NCBI GenBank assembly: GCA_963803805.1
Contig: CAWDOD010000010.1
Location: 1 to 64,000 of the forward strand
Direction: 5' to 3'
Length of the DNA: 64,000 nucleotides
Source of the DNA: an uncultured cyanobacterium
Lineage (GTDB): Bacteria; Cyanobacteriota; Cyanobacteriia; Cyanobacteriales; CAWCAG01
The notes beneath the pieces were generated by a model that did not search any database, had not been told where the DNA came from, and worked only from the letters and a program-made list of their open reading frames with translations. This document shows, piece after piece, positions 29,142 through 39,322 of this stretch. The first letter of the stretch is position 1. Every line of letters starts with the position of its first letter. The position numbers were made by a program, and so were the translations under genes.

Positions 29142-30056
29142 GTGGTTAAAGATAATCGCTCAGAAGTTCGTCAAGTTTTACTAATTACTTTATTAGCCAA
29201 CCTGTTTGTTATGGGTTTGAAAGCTTTTGTAGGATTTAGTATCGGTTCCCTAAGTTTACAAGCGGATGCCTTACACAGCGTTACAGATAGTGCCAATAAT
29301 ATTTTGGGTTTGGTGACTAACAATTTCTCTTCTCCCCAACCTGACAGAGAGCATCCTTACGGACATCAAAAGTTTGAAGCTTTGGGTGCTTTGGGAATTG
29401 CTGCTTTTTTAGGAGTAGCTTGCTTAGAAATTCTGCGAGGGGCAATTCAGCGCATCTTTGATGGCACTACTTCTGTACAGATTTCTGGGGCAGAATTAGG
29501 GCTTTTATTGGTGGTTTTGGGATGTAATATTTTAGTTGCTTTTTACGAGAGGAAGGTAGGAAAACGTATTGGTAGTCAGATTCTCCTGGCAGATGCTAAA
29601 CATACTACCAGTGATATTTGGGTGACAATTCTGGTGTTGGTAGGATTATTGGGGATGTGGCAAGGGAGAACTTTCGGTATTTCTCAACTGCAATGGTTAG
29701 ATGTGGTGTTAGCTTTTCCTGTGGCTGTGTTGGTATTTCAGAGTGGTTGGGAAGTGTTAAAAGCCAACTTGCCTTGGTTAGTAGATGAAATGGCAATTCC
29801 CCCAGAAAAAATTCACACCATTGTGATGGGAGTTCCTGGGGTAGTTAATTGCCATGATATTGCTTCTCGCGGTTTGTTAGGCAAGCAAGTATTTATTGAA
29901 ATGCACTTAATTGTTGATGTCAAAGATGTCCAAACTGCTCATAATATTACTGAAGAAATAGAGACTCGCTTAAAAGCAGAATTTAGTCCCGTTCGTGTTT
30001 TAATTCATGTGGAACCTTTGAATTATGAGTCTCAGAGTATTAGTTTTGGGTTGTAA
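29142..30056 (+). CDS. Cation diffusion facilitator family transporter
   Basis: ADALHSVTD, HPYGHQKFE, ADAKHTTSD and IHVEP motifs. Confidence 0.93.
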   Translation: MVKDNRSEVRQVLLITLLANLFVMGLKAFVGFSIGSLSLQADALHSVTDSANNILGLVTNNFSSPQPDREHPYGHQKFEALGALGIAAFLGVACLEILRGAIQRIFDGTTSVQISGAELGLLLVVLGCNILVAFYERKVGKRIGSQILLADAKHTTSDIWVTILVLVGLLGMWQGRTFGISQLQWLDVVLAFPVAVLVFQSGWEVLKANLPWLVDEMAIPPEKIHTIVMGVPGVVNCHDIASRGLLGKQVFIEMHLIVDVKDVQTAHNITEEIETRLKAEFSPVRVLIHVEPLNYESQSISFGL

Positions 30057-30133
30057 AATTGATATTAGGTTTAGGCTTACTAATTTTGGTTAAACGAGTT
30101 TTGTGATCGCTGCTGCCCGCCGGAAGGTGTTGG

Positions 30134-31429
30134 TTAAGAAATAAAATGATCACTATTCCAAACCTTAATAACCCGTCCCACAATTTCTTTTCCCCACCAA
30201 GGAGTATTAGAACTGAGGGAATAAAGATTCTTTCTCTCAACTTGCCAAGTTTTTTGTGGAGCAAATAAAACTAATTCTACTTTCATTCCTGGGGTCAAAG
30301 GAAGGAGTTTTTTCCCAAGACAATTTTGCGGTTTTACTGTTAACACTCTCCATAAATCTAGGGCCGATAAAATGCCTGGGACTACTAAATTTTGCCACAA
30401 TAGAGGTAACATTAACTCTAAACCAATGGCTCCTGGAGGGGCTTCAGCAAAGGCAACGGTTTTTTCTTCATAGGTATAGGGAGAATGATCTGCGGCGATC
30501 GCATCAATAATTCCTTCTTTGACTCCCTCAATTAAAGCAATTCTATCTTCAGGATTTCCTAAAGGAGGTTCTAATCGTAAGTTGGGGTGATAGCTTCTGG
30601 CATCTTGGCTATCAAGAAGCAAGTGCAACCAAGAAGTGCTTGCTGTTACAGGAACACCACGGCTTTTGGCCTCAGCAATTAATTCTACGCTACGGGCTGT
30701 GGATATAGCCATAATATGTACCTTTGTTCCCACTGCTGCTACTACTTCTAACAAAGCAGCAAGTGCCGCAGCTTCCGCCATAGCGGGATTTCCTGGCAAG
30801 CCATAACGTAGAGAACAAGCCCCCTCACGCATTACCCCATTGCCCCGTAAATGAGTGTCAACGGCTTTAAGGGCTACTGGTTTATTAAAGGGTTGTAGGT
30901 ACTCCAATAACCTGCGTACTAGGGCGAGATCCCCCAGTGAGGAAGCATCTGTAAAGCCTGTCACCCCTGCGGTACAAAGTTCAGCTAATTCGCTCATTTG
31001 TTCTCCTTTGCCCCCAACCGTCAGGTTACTCCAAAAATTGATTTCTACTGGGGCGCTAAGGGAACTTTGAATTTTTTGTTGTCTTTGTTTAAGCAGTGCT
31101 AATTCGGCGGGATTATCCAAAGGAGGTAGAGTATCAGGCAAAATATTTAACCGGGTAAACCCTCCTGCGGTTGCAGCTTGAGCTAAAGTCAAAAGGGTTT
31201 CCCTGTCCTCATATCCTGGTTCTCCACTATGGCTATAAAGATCTACCAAGCCAGGGGCAAGTATTAATCCTTGGCAATTGGTAACTATTGTGTCTGAAGG
31301 AAAATCTTTAATTTGGGGGGTAATTTCTTGAATCCTCCCATTAGCCAGCAAAACATCAGCTATAGCTTCTGTTTCCGAAACCGGGTCTAATACTCTTACT
31401 TGTTGGAGGAGTTCGCTATTCATTGGCAA
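30134..31429 (-). CDS. pyrC: Dihydroorotase family protein (probably non-catalytic PyrC')
   Basis: PGLVDLYSH, AATAGGFT, PPLG, DHSP and GAIGLE; the first His of the HxH motif is replaced by Tyr. Confidence 0.85.
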   Translation of the reverse strand: MPMNSELLQQVRVLDPVSETEAIADVLLANGRIQEITPQIKDFPSDTIVTNCQGLILAPGLVDLYSHSGEPGYEDRETLLTLAQAATAGGFTRLNILPDTLPPLDNPAELALLKQRQQKIQSSLSAPVEINFWSNLTVGGKGEQMSELAELCTAGVTGFTDASSLGDLALVRRLLEYLQPFNKPVALKAVDTHLRGNGVMREGACSLRYGLPGNPAMAEAAALAALLEVVAAVGTKVHIMAISTARSVELIAEAKSRGVPVTASTSWLHLLLDSQDARSYHPNLRLEPPLGNPEDRIALIEGVKEGIIDAIAADHSPYTYEEKTVAFAEAPPGAIGLELMLPLLWQNLVVPGILSALDLWRVLTVKPQNCLGKKLLPLTPGMKVELVLFAPQKTWQVERKNLYSLSSNTPWWGKEIVGRVIKVWNSDHFIS

Positions 31430-31568
31430 AGATTTTAAACTTAAGCTGTAATTCTGTCATCCGTAGACAAGAAGAATTTAATTACTCCTTTTTACCAACC
31501 CCAAATAACAAATGACAAATGACTAATCCACATTAAAATATGTAAATAAACTGAGAAGGAAAACCGAA

Positions 31569-33047
31569 ATGCGCGTTGCGATCGTTGGTGCGGGACTAGC
31601 AGGAATGGCTACAGCCATTGACTTAGTAGATGCTGGTTATGAAGTAGAAATTTTTGAATCTCGCCCCTTTGTAGGAGGAAAAGTAGGCAGTTGGGTTGAT
31701 AAAGATGGTAATCATCTGGAGATGGGTTTACACGTCTTTTTTGGCTGCTACTACAATCTTTTTGGATTGATGGAAAAGGTGGGGGCAATTGATAATTTAC
31801 GTCTCAAAGAACATACTCATACCTTTATTAACCAAGGAGGAAAGGTAGGACAACTTGATTTTCGTTTCCTTACCGGGGCCCCTTTTAATGGCTTAAAAGC
31901 TTTCTTCACCACTTCTCAACTCTCTTCTGTAGATAAAATTGCTAACTCTCTAGCTTTAGGTACAAGTCCCATTGTTAGGGGCTTGGTAGATTTTGAAGGA
32001 GCGATGAAAAATATTCGCGCCCTTGATTCGATTAGTTTCGCTGATTGGTTCCGCAAACATGGAGGCAATAATGGTAGTTTGAAACGGATGTGGAATCCCA
32101 TCGCCTACGCCTTGGGTTTTATTGATACAGAAAATATTTCCGCCCGTTGTATGCTAACCATTTTTCAACTCTTTGCCGCTAAAACGGAAGCTTCTGTATT
32201 AAGAATGTTGGAAGGTTCACCCTATGAATATCTCCATAAACCGATTATTGATTATTTAGAAACTAGGGGAACCAAAATTCATACTCGCCGCCGAGTCAGG
32301 GAAATTCTCTTTCAAGAAGAGGGAGAAGATACCCAAGTAACTGGTTTGGTGGTAGCTAATGGAGAAACGGAAGAAACTATTATCGCTGATGCCTATGTCT
32401 GCGCTTGTGATCTACCGGGCATTCAAAGAATTTTGCCTCCAGAGTGGCGCAAGTGGTCAGAATTCGACAATATTTATCAATTAGAAGCTGTTCCTGTAGC
32501 CACGGTACAACTACGCTTCGACGGTTGGGTAACAGAAATGCAAGACTCCCAAAAACGGCAACAGTTAAAAGAAGCCACAGGTATTGATAACCTACTTTAT
32601 ACCCCTGATGCAGATTTTTCCTGCTTTGCTGATCTGGCTTTAACTAGTCCGGGTGATTATTACAAACAAGGAGAAGGTTCTTTACTACAATTGGTTTTAA
32701 CCCCTGGAGATCCTTTTATTAAAAAGAATAATCAAGAAATTGCCCAACAGGTTTTGGCACAAGTGCAGGAACTTTTCCCTTCAGCTAGGGAATTGAATAT
32801 GACTTGGTATAGTGTAGTTAAATTAGCCCAATCTCTCTACCGAGAAGCCCCTGGCATGGATGTTTATCGCCCGGCACAACAAACCCCTATTGATAACTTT
32901 TTCTTAGCTGGTAGCTACACTCAACAGGATTATATCGATAGTATGGAAGGAGCAACTCTTTCTGGTAAACAAGCTGCCCAAGCAATATTGCAAAGTCAAA
33001 AGGTAAAAGGCAAAAGTCAAAAGCCCTTAGCAAAAGCTTTATCTTAA
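31569..33047 (+). CDS. zds: 9,9'-di-cis-zeta-carotene desaturase
   Basis: [17 protein letters not shown] and [10 protein letters not shown] motifs. Confidence 0.96.
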   Translation: MRVAIVGAGLAGMATAIDLVDAGYEVEIFESRPFVGGKVGSWVDKDGNHLEMGLHVFFGCYYNLFGLMEKVGAIDNLRLKEHTHTFINQGGKVGQLDFRFLTGAPFNGLKAFFTTSQLSSVDKIANSLALGTSPIVRGLVDFEGAMKNIRALDSISFADWFRKHGGNNGSLKRMWNPIAYALGFIDTENISARCMLTIFQLFAAKTEASVLRMLEGSPYEYLHKPIIDYLETRGTKIHTRRRVREILFQEEGEDTQVTGLVVANGETEETIIADAYVCACDLPGIQRILPPEWRKWSEFDNIYQLEAVPVATVQLRFDGWVTEMQDSQKRQQLKEATGIDNLLYTPDADFSCFADLALTSPGDYYKQGEGSLLQLVLTPGDPFIKKNNQEIAQQVLAQVQELFPSARELNMTWYSVVKLAQSLYREAPGMDVYRPAQQTPIDNFFLAGSYTQQDYIDSMEGATLSGKQAAQAILQSQKVKGKSQKPLAKALS

Positions 33048-33122
33048 AAACAGATACTTTTGCAACCAAGTAATAAAACCATTACTTATTACTTATTACT
33101 TATTACTTATTACTTGAAGCAA

Positions 33123-33560
33123 ATGTCCAAGTGGTTAGAACATAGTGTACAAGTCGAAGTTAATGTTCCCATTGAACTAGTATGGGGGCTTTGGTCAGAT
33201 TTAGAACAAATGCCCCGTTGGATGAAGTGGATTGATTCGGTTAACGTCTTAGAAGATAATCCGGAAATTTCTCGCTGGAAACTAGCTAGTGGTGTTTGGG
33301 AATTTACTTGGCTATCTCGTATTTTAAAATTAGTTCCTCAGCAAATTGTGCAATGGGAATCTGTAGATGGCTTGCCAAACCGAGGGGCAGTGCGTTTTTA
33401 TGACCGCAAAGGTAGCAGTATTGTTAAGCTAACTGTCGCTTATCAGGTTCCGAGGATTTTAGAAATTGTTGATAATCTATTTCTTGGACAAATTGTGGAA
33501 TCTTCTCTTCAAGCTGATATGGAAAGATTTAGAGAATATGCAATGCAGGTACAAGAGTAA
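33123..33560 (+). CDS. SRPBCC/cyclase family protein
   Basis: WLEHSVQVEV, WSDLEQMPRWMKWI and GLPNRG; typical position downstream of zds. Confidence 0.9.
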   Translation: MSKWLEHSVQVEVNVPIELVWGLWSDLEQMPRWMKWIDSVNVLEDNPEISRWKLASGVWEFTWLSRILKLVPQQIVQWESVDGLPNRGAVRFYDRKGSSIVKLTVAYQVPRILEIVDNLFLGQIVESSLQADMERFREYAMQVQE

Positions 33561-33624
33561 GATCAATTCTGTTTGAACAGGTGCGGTTTAATTTTGGGTA
33601 TTGGGGAGAAGGTAAAGTACAAAG

Positions 33625-34173
33625 ATGAGCGATGATTCATTTCCATCAGTAGAAAAAACTTTAGGGGTTTGCTTGGCGATCGCAGGTATAACTTTAACTT
33701 TTGCTGTCGATGGTTCTCTTCCTGAACCGCAACAACCTGATGTAAACTTAAACCAGCAAAATACCACCGCCAGTTTCACTTCTCCCCTGCCACTGCCGGA
33801 GTTAACAGCAAACAACAGGCAGCAACGTTGGCTAGAAATAGACCTTTCCGACCAAAGATTGTTTGCTTGGGAAGGGAAAACTCAAGTTCATGCTGTGATT
33901 GTTTCTACTGGTAAGAGTAGTACTCCTACTCCCACAGGGAAGTTTGCTATTCAGCAAAAACTTCCTCAACAGCGAATGCAGGGGGCTGGGTATAGTCTCC
34001 CCAATGTCCCTCACGTGATGTACTATTCTGGCAACTACGCTATACACGGGGCTTACTGGCACAACAATTTTGGTGTTCCCGTTAGTCATGGTTGCATTAA
34101 TCTCGCCCCAGATCAAGCTAGGTGGTTTTATGACTGGGCTTCTATGGGGACACCTGTGGTAATCCATGAGTAA
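33625..34173 (+). CDS. L,D-transpeptidase (YkuD family)
   Basis: IDLSDQRL, STGK, AIHGAYWH and SHGCINL motifs. Confidence 0.93.
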   Translation: MSDDSFPSVEKTLGVCLAIAGITLTFAVDGSLPEPQQPDVNLNQQNTTASFTSPLPLPELTANNRQQRWLEIDLSDQRLFAWEGKTQVHAVIVSTGKSSTPTPTGKFAIQQKLPQQRMQGAGYSLPNVPHVMYYSGNYAIHGAYWHNNFGVPVSHGCINLAPDQARWFYDWASMGTPVVIHE

Positions 34174-34415
34174 AGTTCTTCTGGCATGATTGTGGTGATT
34201 AATTAATTTCAAATAATTTCTTTATTAATAAAGGAAATAACAGATTCTTCACCTCCAAATACATTTTTTACAAGGAAGCAAGCTTCAGTAATTACAAATT
34301 TGCAACTTAAGAGGAGTTTCCAAAGTTTAAGATTTTGCAATCAAATTTTGATTGTAGTCCTGAGCAGAAGATTTTTATCTGAAAAAGTGAGTAGTAACTC
34401 ATTAGTAGGATAGAT

Positions 34416-34592
34416 ATGGCGGATAAACTACAAAATTTTAGAAGAAGAAAATTAAGGGAAGAATTAACAAATATAGAGGCTTCACTTGAGCAGGCAAAAA
34501 AAGCTTTTTCCGCAGAGAAAGAATTAGTTACAGCAATTAAAGAAACTAAGGATGAAACATCAAAAATAGCTCAAGGTATAAAATCTGAGTAG
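34416..34592 (+). CDS. Putative 58-aa coiled-coil protein
   Basis: MADKLQNFRRRKLREELTNIEASLEQAKKAFSAEKELVTAIKETKDETSKIAQGIKSE*; AGGA ribosome-binding site upstream. Confidence 0.55.
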   Translation: MADKLQNFRRRKLREELTNIEASLEQAKKAFSAEKELVTAIKETKDETSKIAQGIKSE

Positions 34593-34660
34593 ACTATTTT
34601 CTGATAGATAAACGAAGTCCTGAATATTGAATAAAATCAATACACATAAGGACTTCAAAA

Positions 34661-34813
34661 ATGGGATTCCGTAGAAGAGATTTAGAACAAGTACTCGTGG
34701 AAATGAAAAGCAAAGTTCAAGAGCTTGAAGATACTACTAATCAGGATAAAAATTTGCTGTCATACGTTACAGAAATTAGAAAAGCCATAGATAATGTTTT
34801 ATCTCAGCTCTAA
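34661..34813 (+). CDS. Putative 50-aa coiled-coil protein
   Basis: MGFRRRDLEQVLVEMKSKVQELEDTTNQDKNLLSYVTEIRKAIDNVLSQL*; AAGGA upstream. Confidence 0.55.
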   Translation: MGFRRRDLEQVLVEMKSKVQELEDTTNQDKNLLSYVTEIRKAIDNVLSQL

Positions 34814-35060
34814 ATTGAAATTATAAATTGACCAGCTAGTAGGGTAATAACCCTATGAGCATCTACCTAAAACACGCTTTTATAGATAATAGACCTCTTG
34901 CAAAATACAAAAATCAAGCTCTAATGATATTGGTTTTTAGGAAAATTAGACTTTTGTATGGGATCTATCATGCTAAAAAAGCAAACTTTGGTAAAAATCA
35001 CTATAAAAATACAACGATTAAGAGCTTAATGCCCCTTTACTTTTTTTGAGTAAACAAATA

Positions 35061-36398
35061 TCAACGAGAAAGATAACTAACCAGATAGTCAAGGTATGGT
35101 TCAAATTCTTCTACTACTCCATCAGAAAACCTATTTACACCCCATTGTTTTTTCATAAATTTAAAAGCTTCTATATATACTTTTTGAGGTAAAGCGATGG
35201 GTTTCTCTAATTGTTTATCTATGGGTTCACCGTAAATAAGACTATCACTGAGCCAATCTATATAATTGCTAATTTCTTCTTGAAAAGATTGAATTTCATT
35301 GGGAGTATATTTATAAATAATATCTTTATCTTGAACATCTTCATTGTTTTTGATTAGGGTACACTTGGTAAGTGACTCTACTATCGTATATTTATTCTCC
35401 TTTAGCCATTCTGCAGCTATTCTAGCCATACGATCACGTCGCTCAATTTCTTGTATTTTCAACATAGATTCTTGTATGTCATTCTTAAACTGAACTAATT
35501 CATCCGTATTTTCTAATAAATTAGGCTGCTTGATATCCTGAATTTTTTGATTAATTGTTATATTCAATTCGTCAAATAGCCCTTTTAATTTCTTTGTTTC
35601 CTGAGAAATAATTGGCTTATTAACAACTGAAGGATCGTATTGTACTAAAGTTATAGGGCGACCCCATCCCATACGAATGGGTTCTTGACCAGAACGTTTT
35701 AACTCTTCATTAATGACAGCAAAAGCGCGATCACAAATTATTTTACCGTCACTTCCTGCCTGGCTTTCTTGCAACCCATTTAACAAAGCTTGAGTAAAAA
35801 AGCTATATTTTTCTCCTTCATAGGCAGATTCTTTTGGGCGACAAGCAGCCAGAAGAAAATAGTCTTTGCTACTGGAATTAAAAGTAGTGAGGGTATTAGT
35901 AACTAACTGCGTTTCTAACATAGAACCAGCATGACAACAATCGAGGATGACTACCAAGCTGCTAACTTGAGATTTTTGGATAAGATTGTTAAGTCGACGC
36001 AAAGAAATACCATTTTGCTGACTTAAAATATCTCTATCCTTCTTTTCCACCTCACAATCAGAGGTGGCCAAAAACCCTTCTTGTTCCTCATCTAACTCAT
36101 CGAAAACTGCAATTCCATGACCGCTAAAATAGATCAGTGCTTCACTGTTGGCAGCTTGTTCTGTTAGAAAGTACTTTAATTCATCGGTTAAAGTTTTTCC
36201 TGTAAGCCTCTTAGTTTCTCCAACTTCACAACAACTATGAGTTAGCCATTTAGCTGGCAAACGTTTGACTCCCTGGAAATTACCATGTTTTTCCAGTAAC
36301 TTAGCTATAGCTTCTGCATCAACAGCAGCCTTTTTCAAATTTTCAAGGTAATAACTATCGTATTTGGAAATGCCGACTACTAGAGCATAGCGTTTCAT
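35061..36398 (-). CDS. Caspase-family (peptidase C14) protease with a coiled coil and a C-terminal phycobiliprotein-like domain
   Basis: YALVVGISKY, YFSGHG (His), LDCCHAG (Cys) and FTQALL identify the protease; the C-terminal resemblance is by eye. Confidence 0.88.
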   Translation of the reverse strand: MKRYALVVGISKYDSYYLENLKKAAVDAEAIAKLLEKHGNFQGVKRLPAKWLTHSCCEVGETKRLTGKTLTDELKYFLTEQAANSEALIYFSGHGIAVFDELDEEQEGFLATSDCEVEKKDRDILSQQNGISLRRLNNLIQKSQVSSLVVILDCCHAGSMLETQLVTNTLTTFNSSSKDYFLLAACRPKESAYEGEKYSFFTQALLNGLQESQAGSDGKIICDRAFAVINEELKRSGQEPIRMGWGRPITLVQYDPSVVNKPIISQETKKLKGLFDELNITINQKIQDIKQPNLLENTDELVQFKNDIQESMLKIQEIERRDRMARIAAEWLKENKYTIVESLTKCTLIKNNEDVQDKDIIYKYTPNEIQSFQEEISNYIDWLSDSLIYGEPIDKQLEKPIALPQKVYIEAFKFMKKQWGVNRFSDGVVEEFEPYLDYLVSYLSR

Positions 36399-36563
36399 AT
36401 TTTTGGAGGGTTTTAAAATTTCTCTGGCCTTATAACACAAGTAAATATTAGGGATAGACCAAAACTAAGCTTGATAACTTGTAAACATCTAAAACAATTT
36501 TAACGATATATACTAATAAGGTACTAGAAAACTAGCAAAAACTTTATATTGCAGGGGTAGTTA

Positions 36564-36929
36564 ATGTCAGAAGTCCAGCGTTTACTTCTCAAAGAGAACG
36601 GTGAAACCTATGAAATTTATATTGAAACTAAAACCAAACCGCAATTTCCTGAATCTGTAGAAGAAATTGAGCCAGTGGTACGTCGTTCTAAGGGTGCTAG
36701 CGAAAAAGCTTTAGTTAAAATGCAGGCTGCAAGAAGAATGATTCGCGGTTACACTCTTTATGCTTTGAGTGCTTTTAGAAATTTTACTGAAGCAGAAGTA
36801 GAACAAGTTACTCTCAAGTTTGGTTTAAAGATTGGTGGCACAGTAGGTATCCCTTACATTACTGAGGGTAAAACTGAAAGTAACTTAGAAATCGAAGTCA
36901 AATGCAAATTTCCTAATTCATCTCAATGA
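36564..36929 (+). CDS. Trypco1 (CU044_2847-like) protease co-occurring domain protein
   Basis: C-terminal VEQVTLKFGLKIGG..GIPYITEG..ESNLEIEVKC pattern. Confidence 0.75.
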   Translation: MSEVQRLLLKENGETYEIYIETKTKPQFPESVEEIEPVVRRSKGASEKALVKMQAARRMIRGYTLYALSAFRNFTEAEVEQVTLKFGLKIGGTVGIPYITEGKTESNLEIEVKCKFPNSSQ

Positions 36930-37116
36930 GATTTGTTTTACCTGGAGATAGAATCATAGACCCTCTACCTTGTCCCTTTGGTAATAAGAAAAAATCCTTT
37001 GAGCTTGTTAGGCTTGAATTCAGAAACCATAAGTCTTGAAATGCTAACTCTAAAACTTGATTTTACCAATAATTCTTTTTAAGAAATCACTGAGATCAGG
37101 AATTTTCTTCAACTTG

Positions 37117-38970
37117 TCACCAATATCTAACACTAGGTCGCTTCGCCATAGTAGGAAACATCCCCTTAAATCCAGATTGACGTTGTTCGGCTGGTTCCTC
37201 GCTTAAGTTCCATAAGCTTTCATAAAAGAAGAAAGAAACTCCTGCAAAGTTCTGTTCTCGAACGGTTTGTACTTGTTCTTGAATATTTTTTAAGGGAATG
37301 GGAATGGGTTTGATGCCAGATAAAATACCAATACCTGTAGGAATATGATTTTTAGCTAGTTGTAAAGTAGGATGGGCTAATTCTTGCTCAAATCTCTCAA
37401 GATCTCGGCGGTAAACTTGTACAATTAATTCTTCAATGTAGCCTTCTCTTTCCCAAGTATGCCAGTCCTGTAAATACTTTTCGTAGGCAAATTCATGAGG
37501 ATTAGGGGAAAGTCCTACTAAGACAGCAGGCTTGGTTTTTTTAACCGCTTGAAATACTTGTTTAAATGAATTGGTGATTTTTCCTGCCCGCCAACGCACC
37601 CATTCGGGATCTTCGTAGTTACTAGGAGGAACTTTGCCGTTGTGTTCTTGCTGATATAATTTAACGCTGAAGGAATCGTAACCAAAGTCTGAGGGGATGC
37701 CAAAATGGTCATCAAATTGAATGCCATCTATGTCATAGTTGCTGACAACCTCTACCACTAAATCTTCGATGAACTCTTGCACTTCCGGATGGAGAGGATT
37801 AAGCCATACCCTTCTGTGAACATTACCCTCTAACCAAATAGTATCCCCATCCCTACGACTAGTTAGCCAGTCGGGATGGCGTTTTGCTAATTCTGAGTCC
37901 GCAGGGGCCATAAAACCAAATTCAAACCAAGGAATGACATCCATGGTAGGGTTATGATCGCGGGCTAGGGAGATAATTTCTTGCAGCATATCTCGGTTTT
38001 GCAATCCTGGTTCAGGGTCGAGTTTTTGGCCAATAACTTTTTGTGCTACGTCGCTAGGGTAAAGGGTGTGTCCCCAATTCCACACCGTTGGGTAAAGGGT
38101 ATTAAAATTCAACTGGCCTAAACTGGCAATACCTTGGGCTAAGCGATCGCGAGAAAAAAGAACATCGCTATCAATATTAGTTAACCACACTCCCCTCAAC
38201 TCCGTCGGTTTTGCTATAGGGTTACTAGCGACATATTGAGTCGGAATAACTTGCTGATAATCCAATGCTTGGCACAAAAAAGCTGCTACTTCCCCCCGAC
38301 TAGCTAATTCTTGGGGTCGAAGTTGACGAACATTAGGATAATTAACTACTAGCTTTTTCTCTGTGGCGGCAGCGATCGCATCCTTCGCATAGGTAGGAAT
38401 TTGGTTAGCATCTGCGAAGGCATTATTCAAAATTCCATCTACTACAGAAGTAGATGGAACTTGGTTTAAACCAGCAACTAAAGCAAGCAAAACCTCTACC
38501 CTAGGAATATTTTTGTCAGGTTGAAATGTCGCATCTGGATAGCCAATCAGAAACCCGGTTTGTACTGCCCGAGTAATGGGAGGAATTGCCCAATAATCAG
38601 GACTAAGATCCCTAAATTCCCGACTGCTACGGATGTTCTCTGCTTTGGGAAAAGCCTTACTAACAATAGCAGCAAACTCTGCCCTAGTTACAGGCAAATT
38701 GGGCTTGAAACTACCATCAGGATAGCCACTGATAATGTTTTGTTGTGCCAACTGTTGAATACAAGACTTGCCCCAATAACCTTGAATATCATTTAAAACG
38801 ACTTGGGAACTAGCAGGAGGTAACTTGATTGTCGTCAGTACTAAACTGAAGACTAAAAGAAAAACTAGCCAAGCTTTACGTCCAAAGTGGTGGCTAAAGA
38901 AAATTAATTTATCTATACAAAAATTAAAAAGTTGAGAAATAGATTGTTTCATCTCTCCTTTATATTTCAT
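37117..38970 (-). CDS. SLH-domain GHL10 (DUF187) glycoside hydrolase-like protein
   Basis: Three SLH repeats (GYPDGSFKPN...TRAEF); ELRGVWLTN and DGIQFDDHF motifs. Confidence 0.9.
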   Translation of the reverse strand: MKYKGEMKQSISQLFNFCIDKLIFFSHHFGRKAWLVFLLVFSLVLTTIKLPPASSQVVLNDIQGYWGKSCIQQLAQQNIISGYPDGSFKPNLPVTRAEFAAIVSKAFPKAENIRSSREFRDLSPDYWAIPPITRAVQTGFLIGYPDATFQPDKNIPRVEVLLALVAGLNQVPSTSVVDGILNNAFADANQIPTYAKDAIAAATEKKLVVNYPNVRQLRPQELASRGEVAAFLCQALDYQQVIPTQYVASNPIAKPTELRGVWLTNIDSDVLFSRDRLAQGIASLGQLNFNTLYPTVWNWGHTLYPSDVAQKVIGQKLDPEPGLQNRDMLQEIISLARDHNPTMDVIPWFEFGFMAPADSELAKRHPDWLTSRRDGDTIWLEGNVHRRVWLNPLHPEVQEFIEDLVVEVVSNYDIDGIQFDDHFGIPSDFGYDSFSVKLYQQEHNGKVPPSNYEDPEWVRWRAGKITNSFKQVFQAVKKTKPAVLVGLSPNPHEFAYEKYLQDWHTWEREGYIEELIVQVYRRDLERFEQELAHPTLQLAKNHIPTGIGILSGIKPIPIPLKNIQEQVQTVREQNFAGVSFFFYESLWNLSEEPAEQRQSGFKGMFPTMAKRPSVRYW

Positions 38971-39322
38971 ACTTTACGCTTCCTTAAATAATTAGAGTCT
39001 GACTCCAGATTCTCGATTTTCAAACCCTGTGGTTGTTTTAAGACTATTTATTCTGTCAGATGTTGCTATATTTAAACCTATTTTGGGGTAACTTAGGGAC
39101 AGAAACGGAATAAGTACGGTAAAGACAAGCTTAGTCAAACCAGGCTACCTAGTAGAAAATACTTATTCATTATGATGGCTTTTTCCGTTATCTTTCTAGG
39201 GAATCAACCTAACTTTAGGCTTAAGTAAACGTTGTGCTTTAAATCACGATCTACCCCTAAAGGCATACCCTGGCTGTGAATTTGCCAGATATTGAGTCAA
39301 GAAACACTCCTAAAAGCAACTA

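Noticed and set aside
33060-33122. N-terminal extension of the SRPBCC ORF (ITYYLLLITYY)
   Set aside because: It is a translated (TTACTTA)n heptamer run; the ATG at 33123 fits the family start
33832-34212. Antisense ORFs overlapping confident genes (also 4388-4645, 21260-21520, 38521-38796, 47619-47909 and others)
   Set aside because: Shadow ORFs on well-supported genes, with no motifs of their own
34855-35049. 64-aa + strand ORF
   Set aside because: No RBS or recognisable protein character; likely a chance ORF in AT-rich DNA
33700-38100. Absence of HIP1 as evidence of horizontal origin for the caspase block
   Set aside because: A longer apparent HIP1-free gap (~38.4-46.8 kb) covers ordinary genes, so the signal is not discriminating
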